Shown: positions 36,501 through 48,242 of the stretch, piece after piece
Position numbering within the stretch: position 1 is the stretch's first letter
Layout: every line of letters starts with the position of its first letter
Assembly (NCBI RefSeq): GCF_001194135.2
Contig: NC_068982.1
Span: 181,324,284 to 181,380,158, forward strand
DNA length: 55,875 nucleotides
Origin: Octopus bimaculoides
Lineage: Eukaryota
Direction of reading: 5' to 3'
Translations under genes and position numbers: made by a program
Notes under the pieces: model-generated
Told to the model about the DNA's origin: nothing
Seen by the model: only the letters and a program-made list of their open reading frames with translations
The model's database searches: none

Positions 36501-37550
36501 GGGTCGGCTAGAGATGCCGTGGTTTATAATGCGCAGCTCGCGCTGAGGCTGACGCGTCTTTGGTGGTCTTTGTGGTCTCCGTTTGCCAAGCTGCTACTTC
36601 TTATGTTCACTTGTTTTAGTGAACTAGAACCACGGATCAAATGTAGACTAAAGTTGGGTGCTCGGCAGGTCGAGTGCCGCAAGGCTCTCGTGCTCTCCTG
36701 CTGCACGCGCAACGCTGGTAGCGTGAATTCCACCTCGTCATTTTATGGAGGGTTAATAGAGTTCAAGTTTGATGACGCGCTGGCGGAAATCCTGGACTTC
36801 GACGAATGCCAACTAGCTAGCCTGTACCAAAGGACGTTCGGCCGAGACGTTTGGATAACTTCCAGAGGTCTGGAAGTTCACGACAAACTCACAAGGTACG
36901 GTGCCTCATGCTCCCCAACCTGTCCGATATGCGGGCGGCACAGTGAAACTATTCTGCACGCATTTGGCAGTGTGCGAGGATTTCAGAGCTGTGGGTTTGC
37001 GTCGAACGACTGATGTCTAGGCTTGGAAGAGTACAACTGTCATCCAAATCTGTTATAAAGATCGTTCCACCTCCCTCACTGAGCAGAGAAGGTAAGGTGT
37101 GTTTTGTCGTTGTGATCGCAATAGCGAAAGAGGCTGTATGGAGAACATGTATGAATGGATTGGTGACAGGCACTTCCATTTCTGACCAAGGATTGACTAA
37201 CTTTTTGTCTTCCTTCTACAAAGGAAGACAAGGTTAGAAAGGAAGTGCCTGTCATCGGACAGGTTGGGTAAAAGATGGATGCAAGTGGTTCGCCTGTTGG
37301 GAATGAATGGTCCTATGGGAGCGCTATCCCGGAAAAGTAAAAACAAAAGGCTCTATGGTGGAACGTGTCTTGCAGGGCTGGAACAGGCCCTCCGCTCCAT
37401 TGTGTTGTGATTGTGTCTGTCCTTTCATTCTTTTTATATTATCATAAAGTTTTTAAATGCATTTTTGTGTAATATCATCCGATACCCAGACCCTGAATTA
37501 ATTTGTACCCTCCCCTCTGTGTTTGGCCCTTGGGGCTGGAATAAAATTTA
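33510..37550 (+). mobile_element. Tx1/L1-clade LINE: ORF1 3' part, decayed ORF2 (APE endonuclease, RT, C-terminal Zn motif) and 3' UTR
   Basis: ORF2 starts at ATG 34157 (MVSLAVGCLNVRGL). Motifs: GVAILL, GRLVVLD, GIYAP, LLGDFN, SYLDR; RSPGLDGLPYEFF; RPITLLNTELTILAKVLAKRL; RQEFPLSALLY; AYADDIT; KINCEKS; KMLGVWFG; CPICG..ETILHAF; AATAAAA at ~37540. Confidence 0.92.
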
Positions 37551-37573
37551 TTTGTAATTTGGACGTATCAAGT

Positions 37574-38728
37574 TTGACCCGTTTATCAGCTGCGTAGACA
37601 GAACAAGCTATCGGACGATTGTAAACAGGGTAGCGTGCCCTGATTATAGCGAAAGCTTACAGTGCCCATGTCACGACCATCTATCGCGTGCAACAGCGAT
37701 AAAATAACAACAACAGCACTGCAAAACGTGCCCACTCATGGCGCCCTTAAGTGACCACGCCCATGCGGGACGCTTCATTCACTTGCAACACGTCCGTGGT
37801 TCCTTCAGACTGGCAGGCGTGACAGCTCACCCGACCATTGGAGCTGGACAGCGACCCAGCAGCGACGACACAGTATGGCGTCGACTGGCCGCCAGCAACT
37901 TGCGTTGACGTCGTCATTCGCGAGGACCTGTCCTTACCGCCCACCACCATTAGGCACGACTATAGTGGGCTACACAGCACCGACATTCTCGGCATGAACA
38001 ATGGAGGTCGATACTCGTCTCTGACGAGAGCTGGTACTGCGTCCCAACATCGGATGACACCGTGACGGTGTGGCGTAGGGAGGTAAACGCTACAGAAACG
38101 CATGTGTCATGGATAGAGACGCGTGGGGTGGCCAAGCATCATGGCTTGGGGTGCTATAGACCTGAATAAGAGAAATGGGCCCCATGTGTTCCAAAATGTT
38201 GGTGCAGACAGAGGGAATGGCATCACAGGGCAGCGCTACGTTGACCAGATCCTAAGACCTCACATCGTGTCCTTCTTCGCGCTTCACCATAGTCACGTGT
38301 TCCAGCAGGACAATGCTCCCTCCCACACGGCCATGGACTTCCTGCATCAGCACATCAGAACCATGCCGTGTCCGGCTCTTAGCTCGGATTTGAACCCAAT
38401 TGAACACCCGTGGATGGAAAGCTACAGATGGCTGAACCAGGTGTTCCCAAGACCAACAACTCGTGCCGAACATGTACCGATGGTGTATGACCGTTTTGAA
38501 CACCTAGGAAAGCATACACGGTATCGAACATCTCGATGTTCTGAATTTGCCCTACAATCTCGATGTTCTGAATTTGCCCACTGTCATAATACATGACAAC
38601 GACTCATAAACTGTAGTCAAAGTGCATCCATGAAATTGACTTTATCAGATTGATCAAAATTTAACTCTGAAATAATGAAATAAAAACATATTTAACAATC
38701 ACACACATTTCTTTTGCGGTTCAGTGTA
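37574..38728 (+). mobile_element. Tc1-family DNA transposon, decayed transposase plus 3' TIR
   Basis: N-terminal RLSAA..EQAIGRL; VSDESW; IMAWGAI; RYVDQILRPH; FQQDNAPSHTA; SSDLNPIEHPW (DDE, D-E spacing shortened by small deletions). Ends TTTCTTTTGCGGTTCAGTG-TA. A 27-bp internal tandem duplication starts at 38530. Confidence 0.9.
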
Positions 38729-39539
38729 TTTGGTTGTGTGTGTGTGTGTGTGTGTTTGTGAATGTGTGTGAGTGTGCGTATGTGCGTGAGTGAGTGTTTG
38801 TGTGACTGTCTGTGTGCTTGCACGTGCGCGTGTGTATGTATTGTGTGTGTGTAGACATGTATATCTTGAAGTACTGACGCTTATGTAACTAACACACATT
38901 GCAAAACATTGGTGAACCAGTGTAATAAGCATTTATTCTCTCACTTGACTACAATTAGTCGAACACCTTTTACGCAATATTTCATCATTATGATTCATAG
39001 ATTTTCAGAACAACGCTGAGCTGGCTTTAACTTTCGCCTTTATTGATAGACATACGCAAGCGAAGATCTTAATGGAAGCCCTGTCGTCAATTTTATAGAG
39101 TCAGCATTATATTACTATATCGTAAGAAACCAGAATTATCAGATCTAAACTATTCGACCCGTTACTCCGAATAGACATTTCATTATTTGTAAATTATTTC
39201 ATGATTTAATTTTATTTTCATTTTAAGTAATTACCTCTTCCATTATTGCATTTATTCACTATGAATTAGTCTACATTAAGTGTTAGCGATCTGTTTATCA
39301 TTCAATCAGTCATTGAATCAATTAATCAATCAATATATATATGTATATTTGTCTATCTCTCTACCTACATATATGTGTGTGTTTGTGCGTGTGTATACGT
39401 GTGTGTGTGTGCATGTGAGAGAATGCATTTTAAACATATACATATATATGTACTGGTCAGTATATACATATATACACACCACCCATATATAAGTATGTAT
39501 ATTATACATACATACATACACACACATACACAAACACAC

Positions 39540-39680
39540 TGTGCGAGGAATATTAATCCTAATTTCCTAATTTTTCCCGTATATCAATGTTCAGAGAACA
39601 CCTCCATACAACAAAGAATGAATAAAGAGGCAACTTTCATCAATAAGTATCTTCCACAACGAAATATGAACACATAACAT
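39540..39680 (+). mobile_element. Penelope-like endonuclease extreme C-terminus (different clade style from the other three)
   Basis: CARNINPNFLIFPVYQCSENTSIQQRMNKEATFINKYLPQRN matches the IFPFY...R..KE..FI.K..P.LN ending of PLE GIY-YIG domains. Confidence 0.65.
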
Positions 39681-40520
39681 AATATAGAAAACTACTAACC
39701 TTTCATTTTATACCACTAACCACATACGTCTCATACACCATTCACATTACAAATCTAGATCTACCCTAATTGCACCAAATCTAGAACTACTTGCCTCCGG
39801 TACACATAATATTTTTATTCAGGGACTAGGAGACCTAACAGCGTGTTCAGTATTCGATGTGCATTCAAAGCAATGATTAGTGATATTACGAAACCGGTAT
39901 GCATTTGAATCTCTTTAACAACTCGCAGTAATGACTTTTATTACTTGTATTCCTACCTCAGTTCATCTAATTTTATGTATCTATCGCTACGTGTCATGAA
40001 AAACCTTTAATTTGTTTGATTTCCAATGTGTATTCCCGCTTAATTTTCTTCTTACTTTCACCTTACATTTCCGTGTGTAGTTTCTATTTTGATTTTGTAA
40101 TATATTTCTATTATATATATATATACCGTTGATACGTTGTTAAACTGCCCTATGTCCAAATTTGGCCAAATGCGTTTTTTTCAAAATTTACTTTCCTTTG
40201 CAACAGCCAGTCATTTTGGTCAAACTATCGTTTCCCCAGCTGCTTCAGATGCCAAAATGATGGATTTTCTTATCATGAACGACAGAAGATTGTTCAGTGT
40301 AATAAAATGCTACTCATGTTCTATAGACAGGATTATGTCTCTTCAGGCTTGCTGGTGTCTTCAAAAACCTTTTGACAAAGAGAACAAGTTGAGGGCTCAA
40401 TTTAGGTGAGCGCTTGTGAATCATTTACTATGTTTTCTTGAATGAACAGCGAGGTGTACATTGCTTCGTGCCATAGAATCACAATGCCATGAGTCTGTGG
40501 TAAGTAATGGCCTGTGGACG

Positions 40521-41057
40521 CCCAACAGATAACAACACCTCCTGTAGTTGAAGACCTTCTTTAGCCTGGGGTACCGGTGTTTTTCCTTTCCCAACCCACT
40601 GTCTTTGGCACTCGACATTTTCATTAGGAACCTATTTCCAATCACCAGTCACTATTCGGTCAAGAAAAAGGTTCATTCGTGAGACGTGATAGCAAAGAAT
40701 AGCAGATATTCACATTCTGTGCGATTAGACAGCGAAAGATTGTGAAGAACATATTGACCCAATTTGCTGACTTTTGCGATGGTACGCAGGTGTCGATGAA
40801 TGGTTGAATGGCTAATCCAAAGTTACGATAGCAAAGTTACGATGGGATTTTGTTCCAACAGGGTTTGGAGGACGTCCTCGCCGAGCTCTACAGATCTTCC
40901 AGGACGAGGCTCATCTTCTAGACTGCAGGTTCTGTGTCGGAATTTCTGGAACCACTATTAACAGTGGCTTACGCTTATTGTCCGTTTCCCATACACCGCT
41001 GCCCTTATTGAACTCATAGAACAAAATATGACAACTATGCTCCTTTGTAACTTCCAG
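40521..41057 (-). mobile_element. Mariner transposase 5' half, decayed
   Basis: EVTKEHSCHILFYEFNKG; WFQKFR..CSLEDEPRPGRS; HSTIHRHL; LGQYVLHNLS (WVPHxL-equivalent); EPFLDRIVTGD; VLLSV, after which homology ends. Confidence 0.85.
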
Positions 41058-41274
41058 TATAACTTCGAAAATATAACTTTTAATATCGAACAGCACTATT
41101 CAAAACTTGCACTAATAATAAGGACAATGTAAGATTACTCTTTGAATTTACAGCAAGTTGATGCAGATAGTTTATTCCTATAAAATAATCGTAATAGGGG
41201 AATCTTAATAGATTTACAAATACAATGACCAATTTTAAGGACTATTGGATTTTATTCACAAGGTATAGGTATAT

Positions 41275-41470
41275 TATCCGTATACCATTCTGCCTAAACA
41301 ATGGATTTACAAATACAATATCCCTGCATTCACTCTCTATTCCCTGTCTTATCTAAATTAACTACCGCTTAACCATCTTCTCACACCGTCTCCGATGAAG
41401 GGATATAATAAATATCCTGGAAACAGCTGTAAGTCCTATTAATAAATGTTCTAAAATATACACAGCCTTG
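41275..41470 (+). repeat. Interspersed ~200-bp repeat carrying a hammerhead-like motif at 41388-41434; second copy at 50920-51093
   Basis: TATACCATTCTGC.TAAACAATGGATTTACAAATACA.TATCCCTGCATTCACTCTCT...CTCACACCGTCT.CGATGAAGGGATAT...CCTGGAAACAG.TGTAAG.CCT is shared by both copies. Confidence 0.9.
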
Positions 41471-42244
41471 GCTTTTTATCTCGTTACGGAAAGTAAATCC
41501 TTATATTTACACGCAGCTATATGTCCTACATTGGACACCTTATTCGCATAATCACCGAACCTGGAACTTAACTATAGTCGATTCATAGCACTTATTCAGC
41601 ATTACCTGAAATCTTTGGGTCTAATTGNNNNNNNNNNNNNNNNNNNNNNNNNNNNNNNNNNNNNNNNNNNNNNNNNNNNNNNNNNNNNNNNNNNNNNNNN
41701 NNNNNNNNNNNNNNNNNNNNNNNNNNNNNNNNNNNNNNNNNNNNNNNNNNNNNNNNNNNNNNNNNNNNNNNNNNNNNNNNNNNNNNNNNNNNNNNNNNNN
41801 NNNNNNNNNNNNNNNNNNNNNNNNNNNNNNNNNNNNNNNNNNNNNNNNNNNNNNNNNNNNNNNNNNNNNNNNNNNNNNNNNNNNNNNNNNNNNNNNNNNN
41901 NNNNNNNNNNNNNNNNNNNNNNNNNNNNNNNNNNNNNNNNNNNNNNNNNNNNNNNNNNNNNNNNNNNNNNNNNNNNNNNNNNNNNNNNNNNNNNNNNNNN
42001 NNNNNNNNNNNNNNNNNNNNNNNNNNNNNNNNNNNNNNNNNNNNNNNNNNNNNNNNNNNNNNNNNNNNNNNNNNNNNNNNNNNNNNNNNNNNNNNNNNNN
42101 NNNNNNNNNNNNNNNNNNNNNNNNNNNNNNNNNNNNNNNNNNNNNNNNNNNNNNNNNNNNNNNNNNNNNNNNNNNNNNNNNNNNNNNNNNNNNNNNNNNN
42201 NNNNNNNNNNNNNNNNNNNNNNNNNNNNNNNTATATATATATAC

Positions 42245-42370
42245 TCACAAGTCTTTGATCGGCTCCAGGCCATAGTAGAAGACACTTGCCTAAGGCGTCA
42301 CACAGTGGAACTGAACCCGAATCAATGTGGTTGAAAAGCAATCTCCGTTTCACACAGTCAGGCATGCGCC
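42245..42370 (-). mobile_element. SINE head fragment, same family as 10133
   Basis: TAGTAGAAGACACTTGCCTAAGG..CACAGTGGAACTGAACCC is the reverse complement of the family head. Confidence 0.75.
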
Positions 42371-42414
<44 letters not shown>

Positions 42415-42420
42415 CGTGTG

Positions 42421-42470
<50 letters not shown>

Positions 42471-42601
42471 AAGAGACAGAGAGAGAGACGGTGCAGTGAA
42501 TAAATTATAGTGTAAACTACGCCAAAATGAAAATAACACTGACATCTCATTTTAATAGATATACTTAGCAAAATTACATAAAAATGTCTTGAAATACTAA
42601 A

Positions 42602-43096
42602 GAAATATTTGTCGTCTGAGAAAGAACAAAGCGCGTTCGTTGGTGTCCATGTTTCAGTATTTTCCTACTTCAAAAGCTTCTCACTCCAATCTTTCCTCTC
42701 GTCCATGGTGGTTTGCGATAAGGCTTGGCACTTTCTCATCTTGTATGAGGAATACCGAATGTCTTGTTGAACTACCTGCCCGTTAAGAAACTGAAACACT
42801 CCCATGTGTCTGGAAATAGACTCGATTGACTTGGACGTATAGTTGTCACTCAGGGTCTGGATCTCACCAAACAAATTCAAGATTTCTGTTCTTAGCAGAA
42901 CGATCAGAGTGAGTTTTCCGAGCAGCCGTACCTTTGTAATCCCAATTAAACCCATCCAACAATTTCCGAATCCGCTGCAATGTCCTCAGATTGACAACCG
43001 AACACTATAAAATGTTCTTATTGTAAATCTTGGAGCGAATCCCAAGCAGTACATCATGTCGATTCGACATTTTAGGAGGAAGGAATTGCGTCACGG
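42602..43096 (-). mobile_element. Tc1/mariner-superfamily (maT/Tc3-like) transposase 5' fragment
   Basis: RHDVLLGIRS; QRIRKLLD; GTAARKTHSDRS; FGEIQTL.DN..SKSIESISRHMGV; DIRYSSYKMRK.Q.LSQ; ends at FSDDKYF (FSDEKxF equivalent). Confidence 0.8.
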
Positions 43097-43228
43097 TGCT
43101 ATTCTGCCCAATGACGGTGCCAAACGTCCCCTACTATTCTATGTAGTCGACAAAATTAAGAACAAACAATGGGCATGCAAGCACGAAATCAGGTCTCTTT
43201 CATTCTTTTGATGTCTTGCTATTTTTAT

Positions 43229-43265
<37 letters not shown>

Positions 43266-43339
43266 ATGTGATATATATATATATAGATATATACATATAT
43301 CCATATCATATATGTACATAGCTATATCTGTATGTATAC

Positions 43340-43700
43340 ATACATGCATATATGGGTACAGGACATAAAAAGAAAACGTTAAACACAATGAGAAACGAAA
43401 AACGAAAACATAAAAACGTAAACAGAAAACGAACATTTTTCGAACAACGAAAAAAACAACAGAGAAACGAGACATGCAACATAAAGTGCATATCCCTTGG
43501 TCAGTAGTCCCTGTCCACCTACTCCGCGTTTCGAAGGCAAAAACAGTACGCAGCTTCATTGGAACAGTCCTTCCCGCAAAGCAAATTGAATAAAATTTGG
43601 AATTTTTTGCGGAGATTGAAAGTGTTAACAAGAACAGGACAGTAAGAACAAGACAGTAAAAGCAATACAGTAGAAACAATAAAAAAAAACAGTAAAACAA
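43340..43700. repeat. Copy of the repeat family seen at 4398-4900 (PLE-tail-like)
   Basis: Shared blocks as listed for 4398-4900. The minus strand carries a degenerate CCAATGA-AG...CTTC-GAAAC-GCG motif. Confidence 0.7.
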
Positions 43701-44127
43701 GTAAAATCATGACACTAAATACGAACAGTGAGGGTTGTTAGGCTCTATTGTTCTTCATCCTTTCTGTTTTTCTCTCCCACCATTTCCTTATTCTTCTCTG
43801 TTGGGCCAAGACGATAGAAAAATTATTATGAACGCTAAGTAGAAGAGACAGAAAAATTCACATCTGTTCTTTAGGAAGACCAGTGGACAGAAAGAAAGAA
43901 CGCTTTTCGTTACGTGTCAGCGACGTGAGGGTCAATATATATATATATATTTATNNNNNNNNNNNNNNNNNNNNNNNNNNNNNNNNNNNNNNNNNNNNNN
44001 NNNNNNNNNNNNNNNNNNNNNNNNNNNNNNNNNNNNNNNNNNNNNNNNNNNNNNNNNNNNNNNNNNNNNNNNNNTATATATATATATATATATCCATACA
44101 TACATACATATATATATATATACACAA

Positions 44128-44164
<37 letters not shown>

Positions 44165-47100
44165 ACAAGTTATCTGAATCATAAGTAAATCAACTCATTT
44201 GATCTATTCACTTGCACCGCACTGTAACCTGTATGTTTAGCAACCCATATGCTGTAATTGAAATCACTTCATCTACTATATCCAGCTGTTTTCATCAAAA
44301 TGTCATGTTTTCAAATATAAAGCAAGAAAAGATGTGCTACATTACGTCATGACTCGTGTGCGTCTTGCTATTGATATACAGAGTGACAAAACTGCCCTGA
44401 ATCTTAAATTTACCGAATAATTGTCTTTTTTTTTAATTTATTTTGAAGTATAATCGCATACTTGCTTTGCTGTACTGGGGTTCTCATCTTGTATATAATA
44501 TCTTACATCAGAAGCTTTCGACAAACCAAACTGTTGTTGAGTTAGGCGGAATGAAATTTTGGCACACACATTTTATAAATTTTGATACTGATTTACGTTA
44601 TCTTTGGGCTGCAATAAATGACATACTCACAGTTACATCTTAGATAAGAAATTACACTACAATCAACTATGTTTTAGATAATGCCAAGCATCTACTGAAA
44701 AAAAATGTGTGAAGAACCACTACACTGACATGAGTCTTGATTTAAACAACATAAAAGACAAAATCCCAAAGCACATGTAAGGGATCCCAGCATAAAATAT
44801 TTTACGTGGAATAAATTATTCCCTTTCATCTTTGAAAGAGAATTTGATACGGATTTGGTGAAATATGATTCCATACATATTATGGAATTTTCTTTAGATA
44901 TTGTGAATTGCATAGAATGCACCATTTTCCTGGATCTTAGAGCGTTTCAGTGTACATTAAATATCGGAGAATAAGATGAGACTTCTAGCAATAATATCTA
45001 TGCTATTATCATAGTATCTATGCTTTCCATTTTCAGAAAAATATTCATATGAGCGTGTATCTGAATTTACGCATGAGTGCATGTGGGTGAATAAAAGTGT
45101 ATGAATTACATCAAACTATCAACTTAAGTATTAATTCTCTTATTTACTACATTTCCATGCTGAATACACATTCTGCGCACATTTATCTGGCTACTAGCTA
45201 ATGCACAAAACGAACATATTTCGAAGGATATCTAACCAATTGATGTCCACATTTTAATTACAATATTTGGATGAATATAATTGTAATATTTCAATTTAAC
45301 TTTACACCAATGTGGAACCAATGAAAATTAAAAAAAGGATTTTGCCAATTAAATGAGACACAGATTTCTTGTACTATATCATGGGTTATCAAGCAGATAA
45401 ACTTACAACGCACCAGGTTATATAAAACAAACTTTGAGCTACGACCATTCTACGAACACGCATTTAGAAATGATGTATGTTAAATCGACTGAAAGAGTTT
45501 ATGTGTGTAAGAAACTCCTAATTATATGAAAATATAGCTAGTTATTTCGCCAATTGTGTGGCATTAACTGGTGAGTCGATATTTTCAGTGTTCTAGTTAC
45601 TTAACTGTCTGCTATAAATGTAGAATTTCATTTCTCTAATTATTCCCGGTTCAATGATAAACATATTTCTGGAGATAATTATAGATGTGTAACATGTAAT
45701 AACGATAGGGAGTTATATAGAACTTTCATATCAGCTAATTATGACGTGATTTACCTCGTGAACAAATGATAAACATACATTTTGGTATAATGAAAGAATG
45801 CAGGTGCTTTTAAATGATAAAGAATATTCTGATAACTTAAGATGGGGATCTGTGTCTAGGTTAATATCAACAGCAATATTATGAATAACTTTGAAATATA
45901 GGAAAGCCTAAATACAAGACACTGCGAGCAGCACATATGGTAATTCAGATTTCTGACGCATGTAGTTATATTCTGTGTATCGGTATTTAGCAACTTTTAC
46001 ATTTAATTGCAATTCGGAGTAGTCACAAACCACCTATCAAACGCGCGGACACACACACGCGCACACATACACACATGCATACACATACATACACATACAT
46101 ACACGCATGTACACACATACATTATATATATGTGTATGTGTCTATACACATATACCTACATGCATATGCATTTATATACATATATATATTTGAGAATATA
46201 TAAAAATGTATATAAGTATATACGTATCTGTTTGTGTTTGCGCGCGCGTGTGTGAGTGTGCCAGCAATTAATGTAACGAATAATATATCATATGTGAATA
46301 TATTGCATGCAATTTCAGAAATTTCAATTTGTATAAAATGATTTTCTATTTCAGTTTATTAAATAATATTAGCGTGCTTTCTATGTAAATGGAATATTTA
46401 ATGATTTATGTCTAACGTGACATTCTGGTATTAAACTTTAGAATCTGGAACCTGGATTTACCTTTGTCGTCACATATATAGTTCCATTCCTATCTACAAC
46501 TGCTTCAATACAAACTTAATTAGCATTAATCGTTGCAATCCACTATAGTCGTCTGTATGAATTTTAGATTTTCCTTCCATAAACTGGTGAGGATAGACTG
46601 AAATGTAATTTTATACAAATGTCATGATGCTATTATATCGTCATAATTAGAGGAATATTACTAAAATTGTGAAAAATCAATATTTCTTTGAATCTCAAAT
46701 GTTCTGGAAAGTTGGAAATTACACAAAATAAACACATTCCCAGAAAAAATAATTTATGTATATTTAATGTCATTTGATTTTTGATTTGGTAGGTTTTATT
46801 TTTTCCAATTTCAATTTAGTAAACATTTTCCATTCATTTTCTTATTCTTTTCGATTTTTTCCTATGTATATCAAGTTAAATTATTTTCAAACACGTTTTA
46901 CTGAAACGTATTATGTCATAAAAAGAACTTGTCATGATATTTAAAAGTTTTTACTGCTTTAAATTAAACAGTGTAAGTTCAATCTACGAGGCAATAAAAT
47001 ATTACAATGCGCTATATGTCTGTGCAGTTGGCTAGTTTTGAACATTTCGTGGAATGGTGTTATAAATATAATTTATGTATTCAATAATCCGGTAATATCA

Positions 47101-47759
47101 TACACTTATTGAGATAAATCTTGCTGGTGTTAGGAGATAATTTCAAGCAGAAATCGATTACGTGAAGAAGCCTGTTAGTGATGTAATTTAAGAAACTGCT
47201 TTGTCAAGACAATGCTTATGAATTTATGTCGCTCATTGAGAGTTAAATTCTTTATTAAAATGTTCGGCTACTTTATGTTGACAGTTATATAAACATATAT
47301 ATACACGCACAAAAGCATATACGCTACGAAACATGTAGCAAGAGGGAAGTCTACCTACAGACCAAAGGCTTAATTGATTACAATAGAAATCTGTTGGTGG
47401 GTGTTTCACAGTTAGACGTATGGAAAGTTAGTTTCTTGATTTCAAATAGCATACCGATAAGGATAAAAGAGATTGAATAAATAATGTTCTTTGCCTAACA
47501 AGAAACTATTTAAGCCTAAATGAAGTGCAATATGAGATTCATAACAGACTGGTATTCTTGAAATAGGTTACGAAAATGAATAGTGGAGAAGTTTCATATT
47601 TTAATAATGACATCGATAGGCTAATAGGTGAAAGGATGGATCGATCGATCGACGAGTCATTCGGGCGTTGTGATGATCTCTGTGAATCTTCTTATGAATA
47701 TAGAAATTATGATAGCCTGTGTGTACAAAATATGAGCTACCTCAGATGAGATGTAGCAG

Positions 47760-47989
47760 GCGGCGAGCTGGCAGAAACGTTAGCACGGCAGGCGAAATGC
47801 TTAGCGGTATTTCGCCTGCCGGTACGTTCTGAGTTCAAATTCCGCCGAGGTCGACTTTACCTTTCATCCTTTCGGGGTCGATAAATTAAGTACCTGTTAC
47901 ACACTGGGGTCGATGTAATCGACTTAATCCATTTGTCTGTCCTTGTTTGTCCCCTCTATGTTTAGCCTCTTGTGGGCAATAAAGAAATA
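47760..47989 (+). mobile_element. Full-length young tRNA-derived SINE with a perfect 16-bp target-site duplication
   Basis: A-box-like GGCAGAAACGTTAGC, B-box-like GAGTTCAAATTC, central CCTTTCATCCTTTCGGGGTCGATAAATTAAGTACC. AGATGAGATGTAGCAG occurs at 47744-47759 and 47990-48005. Confidence 0.93.
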
Positions 47990-48159
47990 AGATGAGATGT
48001 AGCAGTATCAGTTGTCCTTCACATGTATCTCCTATAAAAGTTGTTTCTATGCAATTGACACCATTGCTCATTGGAATTGATTTGCTGTTTCTTGCCTGCA
48101 CTTGTGTTAATAGTTTCTTTCAGAAAATATTGGGAAGATTATTCTTCTCGAATTCTCAC

Positions 48160-48242
48160 CAGAGTACTGTTCAGCTAATTCTTCCGTTAGAGCTTTCCAT
48201 TTCGTCTCCGGTGGGGGTGTCTCTCCATATTCAGGCGTCCCT
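48160..48242 (-). CDS. Candidate internal coding exon (GTPEYGETPPPETKWKALTEELAEQYS)
   Basis: GC-rich island with acceptor TTCTGTCGTCATCAG| and donor CTG|GTGAGA. 83 nt, only one open frame, natural-looking composition. Confidence 0.45.

Noticed and set aside
43510-43570. Minus-strand CCAATGA-AG...CTTC-GAAAC-GCG hammerhead-like motif
   Set aside because: G5 is lost, the palindrome is broken and helix I is unclear. Kept only as a hint within the repeat family.
47315-47345. GAAAC-AT-GT-A palindrome
   Set aside because: No upstream CUGANGA-like core.
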